In this document: positions 36,284 through 44,200 of the stretch, one piece after another
Numbering within the stretch: the stretch's first letter is position 1
Layout of the letters: every line of letters begins with the position of its first letter
Source: Candidatus Nanohalarchaeota archaeon QJJ-7
GTDB taxonomy: Archaea; Nanohalarchaeota; Nanosalinia; Nanosalinales; Nanohalalkaliarchaeaceae
Direction of reading: 5' to 3'
DNA: 54,783 bases
Assembly: GCA_022865215.1 (NCBI GenBank)
Contig: JALIDP010000002.1
Span: 1 to 54,783, forward strand
Notes under the pieces: model-generated
What the model was told of the DNA's origin: nothing
The model's database searches: none
Seen by the model: the letters and a program-made list of their open reading frames with translations, nothing else
Made by a program: the position numbers and the translations under genes

Positions 36284-37375
36284 TTACTCCAGGGGCCTGT
36301 AGAGATAGTTCCTGCCCCGCCTCTCTCTTTCTACCACGCCTTGCTCGGCTAAACGTCTCAAGATGTTGTTGATGGATCGGATGGCGTGAGAACGTGACTT
36401 GTAATCCTCGAAACCCATCTCACCAACTATCTCGCCCGAAGTAGCCTCTTCAAGCTCTTTTACGGCATCATAAACCTCTCTCTGCTTCGGTGTTAGCTTC
36501 ATCTCTTCCTTTTCTTCCGTCTCTTCCTCAGCCTCTTCACTTTCATCGGCCCCATCAACTTCACCTTCATTGTTCGTTTCACCTGAACTCTCATCGATCA
36601 CTCTCTTCACATCATCTTCATCGATTATCGATTTATCTTCACTCGCCGCAGTTATGATACATTCGTTACATAAACGGAGAACTTCACGCGGGAAACCACC
36701 TGTCTCGTCATATATTTCCAGGAGCGCAGACTGCGTGAAAGGCTCCACAGAAGACCCTCCTACCTGTTCTATGCGCTTCCTCACAAGGTCTATAGTGTTA
36801 TCCTTGTCCAGAGATTCTAATCTCACTATGTCGGTAGCACGGCTATATAGCGTGTTAACTTCTTCATCCAGCCTCTCCTCGAACTCAGGGAGTCCTGCGG
36901 CCACGATCGAAAGACTGTCAATATGGTCCATGGCCGTCCTCAACCACTCTAGAACCTCGGTAGAAGCCTCATGGCCTTCATCAACTAGAATAACAAGATC
37001 CTCCGAGTAAGCGGAGTTCAGAGGTTCATGGATATTGTAAAGTGAATATGAATTGAAAAGTCGTGATATGAACCCGGGGTCCAGAACTTCATCTCTGATG
37101 TACTCAAGGAGTTCCGAATCCTTTACAGGTGGCTTGGACATGTAGAAAACAGGGTGAGAAGAGTACTCCCTCTGTATGCTTTTCAGCATGTTGGTTTTAC
37201 CCGCCCCAGTATCACCTGTAAGAAGCGTGAACTTGCTATCAGATTCTATGCTGTTCCTTAATCGCTCCTTCTCCTCCTCGTAACCTATCATCAGTCCCGG
37301 ATAGATCCTGAAGTTGAACGGGTTCCGTTCCCAGCCGAACCTCTGAATCCATTCATTTATCTGGGATTCCTTCAT
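36284..37375 (-). CDS. ExeA/Orc1-like AAA+ ATPase fused through an acidic linker to a C-terminal winged-helix domain
   Basis: NPF motif near the N-terminus, Walker A GDTGAGKTN, Walker B LVILVDEGHE, lid GGFPREVLRLCNECIITAA, acidic linker, and wHTH REVYDAVKELEEATSGEIV...ILRRLAEQGVVERERRGRNYLYRP. Confidence 0.7.
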   Translation of the reverse strand: MKESQINEWIQRFGWERNPFNFRIYPGLMIGYEEEKERLRNSIESDSKFTLLTGDTGAGKTNMLKSIQREYSSHPVFYMSKPPVKDSELLEYIRDEVLDPGFISRLFNSYSLYNIHEPLNSAYSEDLVILVDEGHEASTEVLEWLRTAMDHIDSLSIVAAGLPEFEERLDEEVNTLYSRATDIVRLESLDKDNTIDLVRKRIEQVGGSSVEPFTQSALLEIYDETGGFPREVLRLCNECIITAASEDKSIIDEDDVKRVIDESSGETNNEGEVDGADESEEAEEETEEKEEMKLTPKQREVYDAVKELEEATSGEIVGEMGFEDYKSRSHAIRSINNILRRLAEQGVVERERRGRNYLYRPLE

Positions 37376-37447
37376 CGTTTCCTATCACTCTATGAGATGT
37401 AACAATGATGAACTTATTTAATAGTTCCGAACGCCTGATGAAATCCT

Positions 37448-37996
37448 ATGAGGTATTTCATTTCTATCGATGTAGAAGATGAAGGAGTGAAAAATTCGCT
37501 TATGAACTTCACAGGTAGGATAGATAATCTTGGCGATACGAAAGTCGTAGACCCGCAGAACCTTCATTTAACCCTTCTTTACCTCGGAGAGCGCCCCAAA
37601 AGCGAAGTTCCCGAAATCAAGGATTCTTTCGTCGACGCCATGGCGGATGTAGATGTAGGTGAATTCGAGTGCATGTTGTCAGATTTAGGTGTATTCCCTC
37701 ACATGAACTACATTAAAACAGTCTGGGCGGGCGCAGAAACTGACGGAAAGATTCGTGATATTCATATGAAGTTAAATGAACACATACATTCCGAAAATGA
37801 ACACGATTTCACCCCTCATGTCACACTGGCCCGAGTGAAAGGGATAGAACCTGGCGAAAAACAGAGGATGAGAGAGGAAATCGAGAGTTATCCGGCAGAT
37901 TTCGGTAGCTTTTCAGTGGAAAATGTGAGACTTAAGCAGAGCAAACTGACACCGGAGGGGCCTATATACAGGGATCTAGAGGTGGTGGAGTTGTGA
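37448..37996 (+). CDS. thpR: RNA 2',3'-cyclic phosphodiesterase (2H phosphoesterase, ThpR/LigT)
   Basis: Two HxT/S motifs: NLHLTLLYLG and TPHVTLARV. 182 aa. Confidence 0.85.
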   Translation: MRYFISIDVEDEGVKNSLMNFTGRIDNLGDTKVVDPQNLHLTLLYLGERPKSEVPEIKDSFVDAMADVDVGEFECMLSDLGVFPHMNYIKTVWAGAETDGKIRDIHMKLNEHIHSENEHDFTPHVTLARVKGIEPGEKQRMREEIESYPADFGSFSVENVRLKQSKLTPEGPIYRDLEVVEL

Positions 37997-38355
37997 GAGG
38001 GGTAGACAGTCTTCAGAGGCTTTCTCTGCTTCTCGCCCTTACCGGTTTAACGACAGTATATGTCTCTTCAGCCGTTCTAGGCCCGGAAACAGCTTCTGTA
38101 GGAGAGATAAGTGAGGGAGACCTGGGGAGCACTGTGAGAGTTACAGGGACAGTCAGAGACCTCGGTAACGGCGAGGACGCAGTTTTCTTCCGTCTGGAGG
38201 AGGAAAGCGGAGACATAGCCGCAGTCTACTTCGGGAACGAACCCGGGATAGAAGAAGGGAAGACCTACACGTTCGATGGGCGGGTAGAGATCTACCGTGG
38301 AGAACTGGAGTTAGTGGTCGAAAACGTGGTTTCCACCGGTTCTACCCTGTCTTAA
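37993..38355 (+). CDS. Membrane-anchored OB-fold protein
   Basis: The GTG start overlaps the thpR stop. N-terminal TM helix, then an OB pattern (VRVTGTVRDLGNGEDAVFFRLEEESGDIAAVYF...FDGRVEIYRGELELVVENV). Confidence 0.6.
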   Translation: MRGVDSLQRLSLLLALTGLTTVYVSSAVLGPETASVGEISEGDLGSTVRVTGTVRDLGNGEDAVFFRLEEESGDIAAVYFGNEPGIEEGKTYTFDGRVEIYRGELELVVENVVSTGSTLS

Positions 38356-38606
38356 CCAGGGCAATCCTCCAATATTTCCTCAATCTCCTTCTCAGGCATC
38401 TCTACAATCATTTTCTTCCGTCTAGAGTGATGGCCGGAGACGATCCCTGCCTCTTCCCCAAATATTTCAGAAAGGCGATGGACCAGTTCCTCATTTGCCC
38501 TACCTTTTTCGGCTGGAGACTCCAGATCTACGACCGGGTATGTGCCTGAGGTATCGATGTCGAACCTCTCTTCACCTGGCCGGACCTTGATATAGAATTC
38601 GGTCAT
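38352..38606 (-). CDS. DUF167 (YggU/UPF0235) family protein
   Basis: MTEFYIKVRPGEERFDI...PAEKGRANEELVHRLSEIFGEEAGIVSGHHSRRKKMIV. The ATG at 38606 is preferred. The track GTG at 38642 would run into the structured element upstream. Confidence 0.7.
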   Translation of the reverse strand: MTEFYIKVRPGEERFDIDTSGTYPVVDLESPAEKGRANEELVHRLSEIFGEEAGIVSGHHSRRKKMIVEMPEKEIEEILEDCPG

Positions 38607-38627
38607 GGTATCAAAAAGAGGGATTTC

Positions 38628-38700
38628 GCCCGCCTGTAACACGGACTGCTCATGGGCCTACCTTTTACGGGGCGTTCACGTCCGCTGACCTGGGCGGGCA
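38628..38700 (-). other. GC-clamped, tRNA-sized stem-loop followed by U5 on the minus strand (terminator or leader element)
   Basis: GCCCGCC (38628-38634) pairs with GGCGGGC (38693-38699), a perfect 7 bp plus 2 wobble pairs, enclosing 58 nt. An inner helix pairs CGGAC (38642-38646) with GTCCG (38680-38684). On the minus strand a T5 run (38613-38617) follows. Confidence 0.45.
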
Positions 38701-38727
38701 GTATACAAAACGGTAGAAAGCTTTAAA

Positions 38728-39312
38728 TCAGGAGTACCCCTTGACAAGAGGATTATACTCCAGGCGTTGGGTCTTTGCTAGCGTGGGTTCGAGACCGAAG
38801 AATTCCCTGACCTCGTTTATATACCTGTTCAGTTCCTCCTCCGCGTATTCCACCCAGTATTCGAACTGCTCATGGAAAAGCATCTCGTACCATACCCAAC
38901 GCAGGAACTGGTGGCTGTACTTGTGCTCATCCCCGGGTAATTCCACTACAAGCTTCGCTATCGGGTTCAACTCCAGGACACCGAACATCCCTTCCTCAGT
39001 CTCTTTAGGAGCATTACGCGTCCACATAGCTATATCGAAAGCCAGTTTCGTCCTCGCCCCTGTATCCCTTATCCCCCCCCTTTCACCAAGATCTCTTACA
39101 GAAACAACTTCTGATCTAAAATCCCCTGAACTTAAATTCTGCTCATAGTAAACTTCATGAGTGTCATCCATGTTCATATCATCGTTCAGCAGCTTCTTCA
39201 TCTTCTTGTAACCTTCAATTATATGATGGGTCTGATACCAGTCCATCGCCTCAGCAACTTCTCTCTCCACAGTGAAGCTCATCCAAAAACCACCTCTTTC
39301 ATCGTCTATCAT
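38728..39312 (-). CDS. Uncharacterised protein, paralog C of a three-gene tandem family
   Basis: A 194-aa ORF (alternative ATG at 39282). The C-terminal helix FLRWVWYEMLFHEQFEYWVEYAEEELNRYINEV resembles those of the two upstream genes. Confidence 0.6.
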   Translation of the reverse strand: MIDDERGGFWMSFTVEREVAEAMDWYQTHHIIEGYKKMKKLLNDDMNMDDTHEVYYEQNLSSGDFRSEVVSVRDLGERGGIRDTGARTKLAFDIAMWTRNAPKETEEGMFGVLELNPIAKLVVELPGDEHKYSHQFLRWVWYEMLFHEQFEYWVEYAEEELNRYINEVREFFGLEPTLAKTQRLEYNPLVKGYS

Positions 39313-39907
39313 CCTCCGGTTCGTACCACTCTCTCTTGCTCTTTCCTATAGCAGGGACACTCCCCTCCACTTCCCTTACCCTGCTCATAAGCTCATTAGC
39401 CAGTTCTTCCGCCTCCTCTTCGTACTTCTTCTGCTCTTTCCCGAAGAGGAATTCATTATACAGCAACTTCCATATCGTCTTGTAGAACCACGAGCGCTTG
39501 AAAGCAGTAGTCTGCTCGAATTTCCCCCACTTAGGATACTTTGTCTTGACAAGATAGGCTGTCAGAGATAGCTTGGCCTTGTAAACATCTTCATCTGTCT
39601 TCCTGTCTGAACGCGGTTCCTTCACCCTCACCCCCATCCTGAAACGTATAGCTGTATAGGGGTCCTTCCACCTGTAGGCGTTGAAGTACGTCTTGAATGG
39701 TAGCGTCTCCCAGTGCTCAGTGTAGAACTCGCTCACGTTATCGAACCCGAGTTCCTCCAGCATGTTAGGTAAGGCGCGGAAAACCTCCATAAGATCGTCA
39801 AGCCCCTCTCCATAGATGAAATCCTCCCTGCGGAGCACTTTATCATTCTCATCGACATGGTACTCAGGTGTGGAACGTCCCTGATCAGTCTGCTGCGCCG
39901 ACCTCAT
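39299..39907 (-). CDS. Uncharacterised protein, paralog B of a three-gene tandem family
   Basis: A 202-aa ORF with ...KYPKWGKF...SWFYKTIWKLLYNEFLFGKEQKKYEEEAEELANEL. The stop lies 3 nt from the paralog A stop/start junction. Confidence 0.6.
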   Translation of the reverse strand: MRSAQQTDQGRSTPEYHVDENDKVLRREDFIYGEGLDDLMEVFRALPNMLEELGFDNVSEFYTEHWETLPFKTYFNAYRWKDPYTAIRFRMGVRVKEPRSDRKTDEDVYKAKLSLTAYLVKTKYPKWGKFEQTTAFKRSWFYKTIWKLLYNEFLFGKEQKKYEEEAEELANELMSRVREVEGSVPAIGKSKREWYEPEDDRR

Positions 39908-39910
39908 CTC

Positions 39911-40375
39911 TCACGCCTCCACCGATTTGAATGCGCCTCTGAGGGCAGAATGGACGTTGACCAGAGTTTCATGGGCGTCCTCCTCATACCTGCCCCTAGC
40001 CCAACCGTAAACTAGCTTGTCCCATATACTCCTCAGGGCGAAGTAGAGCGGGTGACGTTGCCAAGAACTATCCTCAGGATAACGCGTTACTACTTCTCCC
40101 TTGCTATCTATAGTTACTGTGCCCCCTCCAGAATCGTCCGCGTCTATAGTGAGAACGATAGTTATCTCTATTTCCGTGTTATCGTCCTGCTCGGTGTAGC
40201 AGTTAACCTTGGAGACAATTATCCCCTTGTCTTTGTGGTGTCTGAACTTTTCCTCCTCTACACGATGGAAAAAGAATCGGTTCTCCAGTATATCCTTGAC
40301 TTCGCGGTAAGCATCCTCCCAGTCGTCTACTTCCACCGTGGCTGTCTTGTGGCCTACCTCCTCTTCCACATACAT
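39911..40375 (-). CDS. Uncharacterised protein, paralog A of a three-gene tandem family
   Basis: A 154-aa ORF with ...RYPEDSSWQRHPLYFALRSIWDKLVYGWARGRYEEDAHETLVNV. It shares IW-x-KL-x-Y and YEE-x-A with paralog B. Confidence 0.6.
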   Translation of the reverse strand: MYVEEEVGHKTATVEVDDWEDAYREVKDILENRFFFHRVEEEKFRHHKDKGIIVSKVNCYTEQDDNTEIEITIVLTIDADDSGGGTVTIDSKGEVVTRYPEDSSWQRHPLYFALRSIWDKLVYGWARGRYEEDAHETLVNVHSALRGAFKSVEA

Positions 40376-40412
40376 AGGAGAGAATGAGCGCCCGGAATTA
40401 AAATATCTGTCC

Positions 40413-40994
40413 CTAAATAAGGTTCTTTTCTCTACATTCGGGGCAGAGCATCTCCCCCTCTACCATCTCAAGATCTTCTGAATAATTTTCACAGGAATCA
40501 CAGACCCCTTCAGAAGATTTTTCCTCTCCCAGATCGGATTCCGGTCCGCCACCGAAAGCGTGGGATTCCTCCTGTAAAAGATCTATGTAGGAGGGCCAGG
40601 TACGGAGAAGGTTGGACTGGGTCACCATACCTACCAGGCTATCCCCGCGTAGTATAGGGACCCGGGATATATCCTTTCGTATCATGGCCTGAGCTATATC
40701 TTCAATACTGTCGCTCTCTGACGCTGTCACCATGTTAGAGGTCATAACATCCCCCACATCTACTTCCTGCGGGTCTAGTCCTTCAGCAGCAACCTGATAA
40801 AGAACATCTCTACCTACTATTATGCCAACAGCATCGCCTTCCTCCACAACTACCAGGCTACGGATCTTCTCCTGCCTCATCTTCTCGGCCGCCTCCTGAA
40901 CAGTGACATCGCTCTCTACGGCCACAACGCCATCCGTCATCACATCAGCGGCAGTGGGTTCTTTGGGCATAAAAGGGAGTGATGATCGAGACAT
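40413..40994 (-). CDS. CBS-pair domain protein with a C-terminal zinc ribbon
   Basis: Two CBS motifs (VMTDGVVAVESDVTVQEAAEKM...; VMTSNMVTASESDSIEDIAQAM...VPIL) and CDSCENY...CPECREKN. The start is taken at ATG 40994 (alternative 40970). The track extension to 41075 runs into the ORB repeats. Confidence 0.75.
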   Translation of the reverse strand: MSRSSLPFMPKEPTAADVMTDGVVAVESDVTVQEAAEKMRQEKIRSLVVVEEGDAVGIIVGRDVLYQVAAEGLDPQEVDVGDVMTSNMVTASESDSIEDIAQAMIRKDISRVPILRGDSLVGMVTQSNLLRTWPSYIDLLQEESHAFGGGPESDLGEEKSSEGVCDSCENYSEDLEMVEGEMLCPECREKNLI

Positions 40995-41045
40995 TAAAAG
41001 GGTTTCGAATCCCCCTCTGAAAAGCTCTGAAAACCAAAAATTTCT

Positions 41046-41157
41046 TTCTTTCACTGGAGAAATACACTTACACACCCCTTCATTTCACGTGGAGAAAAAC
41101 ACCCCCTGATTTCGTCTGGAGGCCTCTAAGATACACCCCTTCATTTCAAGTAACGAA
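41046..41157 (+). repeat. Tandem cluster of four ORB-like (origin recognition box) elements, all in the same orientation
   Basis: - TTCTTTCACTGGAGAAA (41046-41062).
- ACACCCCTTCATTTCACGTGGAGAAAA (41072-41098).
- ACACCCCCTGATTTCGTCTGGAGG (41099-41122).
- ACACCCCTTCATTTCAAGTAACGAA (41133-41157).
- The 13-mer ACCCCTTCATTTC at 41074 and 41135 is identical to the one at 48901 in the orc1-proximal ORB. Confidence 0.7.
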
Positions 41158-41248
41158 CCGACTTATTAGTAGTAAAAGATGAACTTCTTGAAGTAGTTTT
41201 TTCACCAAATAGAGGGCATGAACCAGGTCACAAGGAAGTGAACTATGA

Positions 41249-44200
41249 CTACTCGGACACGAATCGGCCTAGGGAACTCTGTCTATCGTCTTTACCGAAG
41301 AGGCTCTCGATGTTCCTCTTCAAGATCATTATCTGTTGCCGAAGGTAAGGGGAAATAGCGAAACTGTCTGCTATCTCCTCGCTATGCACCAGGTACTTCC
41401 GGATCGTGCCTTCCGATATCGTGAGGAGTAGCTTCCCCCCACAGTTCTTGCACCGGCCCTTCAAAGGCGCTCTACGGTATTTATCGTTGCAGTCTACGCA
41501 CCTGAACTGCTGTTCAGAGAACGATCGGAGGTTCCCCTTGATGTCCGGAAGAAAGTGCTTGTCGAGCAGTAGCTCTGCCACGTTATCCTCATCGACCGCC
41601 ACGATCCTCTCACCTAGAGAAAGTTGCTCTCTGACCTTCTCAGCCATCTTGCCCAGGGATACATAGCTGGACTCCACAGGGGCGTCTTCCAGATTCTCAG
41701 TGCCGTGAGTGAAAGAGAAGCCTTCTTCCTCCTCGAGAAGGTCCTCAGCGATCGGGACGTCCACTTCTCCAGGCCCCTCCATCCTCTGAGTGGCCTCATA
41801 GAAATCCTTGGAGTACCTCTCTGCCACGTCCACGTTCCAGGACTCATCATCGACCTCGTCCGGGTGAAGTACTGTAGAAAGGATCAGAGGTGCGTCCATG
41901 GTGTTGTGGGCAAATATAGGGTGGGGGCCGCAGAGGAAGTTCTGTGCCCCAGGAACTTCGAAATCGTACACATACTCGTCTCCGTATTCTATCTCCTCGA
42001 CCTCCTTTACCCGTTCAACGGCTATATCTCCTTCAACAGGCCGGCTTAGCGACTCCACCCCCTCCTCGTAAAGGTCTTCAACTTTCATCTTCGAAGCGGT
42101 CTTCATCCGGTCGTTCCTCCTGTAATTCGACAGCCTTCGCTTGATATCTGCACGCCCGTGGCCGCTGTCCCTGAGCCGCTCCCTGACCTCGCCCAGAACC
42201 CCCCAGAGAGGCCAGTAAGGATCCTTATCCCCCCACTCAGAATAGAGGACTTCCCACGTATCTCCTGCCTGGTGAGCGGACGTCTTGAACCCTATTTTCC
42301 GTAGGAGGAGCGCCAGCTGAGACGCCATTTCACCGCTGGCGGTGTAAAGCTTCGAGAACCCTTTCTCGTCATATACGGTTCCATCTCCTGCTCGATACGC
42401 TTCTATAAATGCCTCTACGTACGTTTTGTCGGCTCCGAAGAGGAACGAGGGAATACCTTTCTGTGTAGCGCTTTCTATTTCCAGTCCGAGCTCTTCCAAG
42501 GCCTTCATAAAAGTCCGCGGCACGCGTGTTGAGAAACACTGATTTCTCCCTTCACGGTTATCGGTTAATACCTGAGGGGATGCCTCTGTAAGGCTTTCGA
42601 TACATTCAACCGCGTCGTCGATTAGTTCCCGGTCTGTGTTGTGTATTTCTCCGGTGGAAAGTTCTCCCTCAGACATGAGGTACCCTAGCAGCCTGTAGAT
42701 CTCTTCCTTCTCCTCCACATATCTTTTTACAGGAGGAGAATCGTGCTTCACCCGCACCTTGCAGGATGGTGTCACGCCCACCTCCCTGTAAAATGTAAGC
42801 GGGGCAGCACGACGGCCTGTAAGATACCTGTATATATTTTTCTCACCCCAATCAGCAGTTATCTCGGAAGTGAGACGTTCCTCTATTTCAGGAGCCAGAT
42901 CCGAATGTTCGGAATCAGGAACCTCAACGTAGCACTCGTCATCAGGTAACAGTTCGAACAGATCAATTTTTGAGGGAAGGCCGTCGGCCTCCACCTCCGG
43001 GTTCGACGGAACGACAACTGCATCGCCAACCTCCAATTCCCTCGCCGGTTTCGCCTCGACACCCCCGCCATCTGTAACGAAGACGCTGTGATCCTCTGTT
43101 ACAGAAATCTCGCCACGGGACGTTTTCACCTCGTACACCCTCTTATCGTTTTCATGGCGAATAAGTGCGGAAACGGGTTGGAAGGTAACGGCTCCGTCAT
43201 CATCGAACGAGATGGCTTCGATATTCTCGGTGAAGTCCCGGCATACCTCGAAACCGTCATCCCTTACCTCGTACCCCTTCCTTTCCATAATCCTGTTCAC
43301 AAGGTCGGAGAACTTCGGTGCCTTTATTTCACCGTCCTGCCTCACAAACACTCGCGTGTCCTTCGTGACGCTGCGAGTCCCCCGCTGGTCCGGTAAGAAC
43401 TGACGGGAGAAATTCAGTAACGCGTCCATAAGAAGTATTATAGAGTCCTCATCTCCATCTGCGTTGCGCCGTTTAGCAGCGTGCCAGAAGGGGTGGGCGT
43501 ACACTCCTTTTGCTTCTGAAAAACCTATTATCCTTCCAACCATACCTCCTGAAGTATGGGGTGCGAGTCCTACGACAAGTTCTCCTACAAGGCCTTCTTT
43601 CTCCTCCGCCTCATAGTACCGTGGAAGACCATAGAACTCTTCCAGTAGGTCGTCAACAAAATTAGCAGTCCTTAACATGTACTCAGAGGCCGGCATCTCC
43701 GCATCGTTATCCGGTATGACTATATCCTGGTACTTCAGTTCCAGCAACTGGTCCTCGTCCTCCAGTTCTTCCCCATCTATATCCGTCTCATACCCCAGTT
43801 CCTTCAGTTTATCTACTGAAACACTCACCTCTCTCGGCCGGAAATGTGTCAGGGGGACATCCGTGGCATCGTACCTTACAGTACCGTCCTTGTTCACGTA
43901 CAGGTCATGCTTCTTCCTTAGAAGGCCTTTCTCGAGAGGTTCCACGTGCTTATTTTTCCCGGTAACACTCCTAGGGGATTTCAGGAGCTCGGGGAGTTTC
44001 ATGTCGACGTTTTCGAGCGCGATATCCATCAGGCCTTCCACATCTATATCCCTCTCCCAGGATCTCTCCGTCTCCATCCCACAGTGGGCCTCCTCCATGG
44101 TCTCCGTACCGCATTTCTGGCATTTCCTCAGTGGCCGGGTCTCTCCACCGCAGTAGGGACAGTAAGAGAACGGCACGACCTCGTTACACTCCGTGCAGTG

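Noticed and set aside
38628-38700. Possible tRNA (7-bp acceptor-like stem, 72 nt)
   Set aside because: There is no T-loop GTTCRA and no D-arm pairing on either strand. I kept it only as a generic structured element.
41003-41025. GGGTTTCGAATCCCCC, resembling a tRNA T-arm
   Set aside because: The stem is broken and the loop is one nucleotide too long. No acceptor, D-arm or anticodon arm can be built upstream, where the sequence is CBS coding on the other strand. At most it is a decayed fragment.
40995-41075. N-terminal extension of the CBS-protein ORF
   Set aside because: It would place the start codon inside the ORB repeat cluster. The sequence (MCKCISPVKERNFWFSELFRGGFETLL) is not part of a CBS domain. 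Internal ATGs at 40994 and 40970 fit better.
41046-41157. Possible CRISPR array (short direct repeats)
   Set aside because: There are only four units, and the repeats are degenerate with irregular 0-10 nt spacing. They match the orc1-proximal ORB rather than a repeat-spacer architecture. No cas genes are present.
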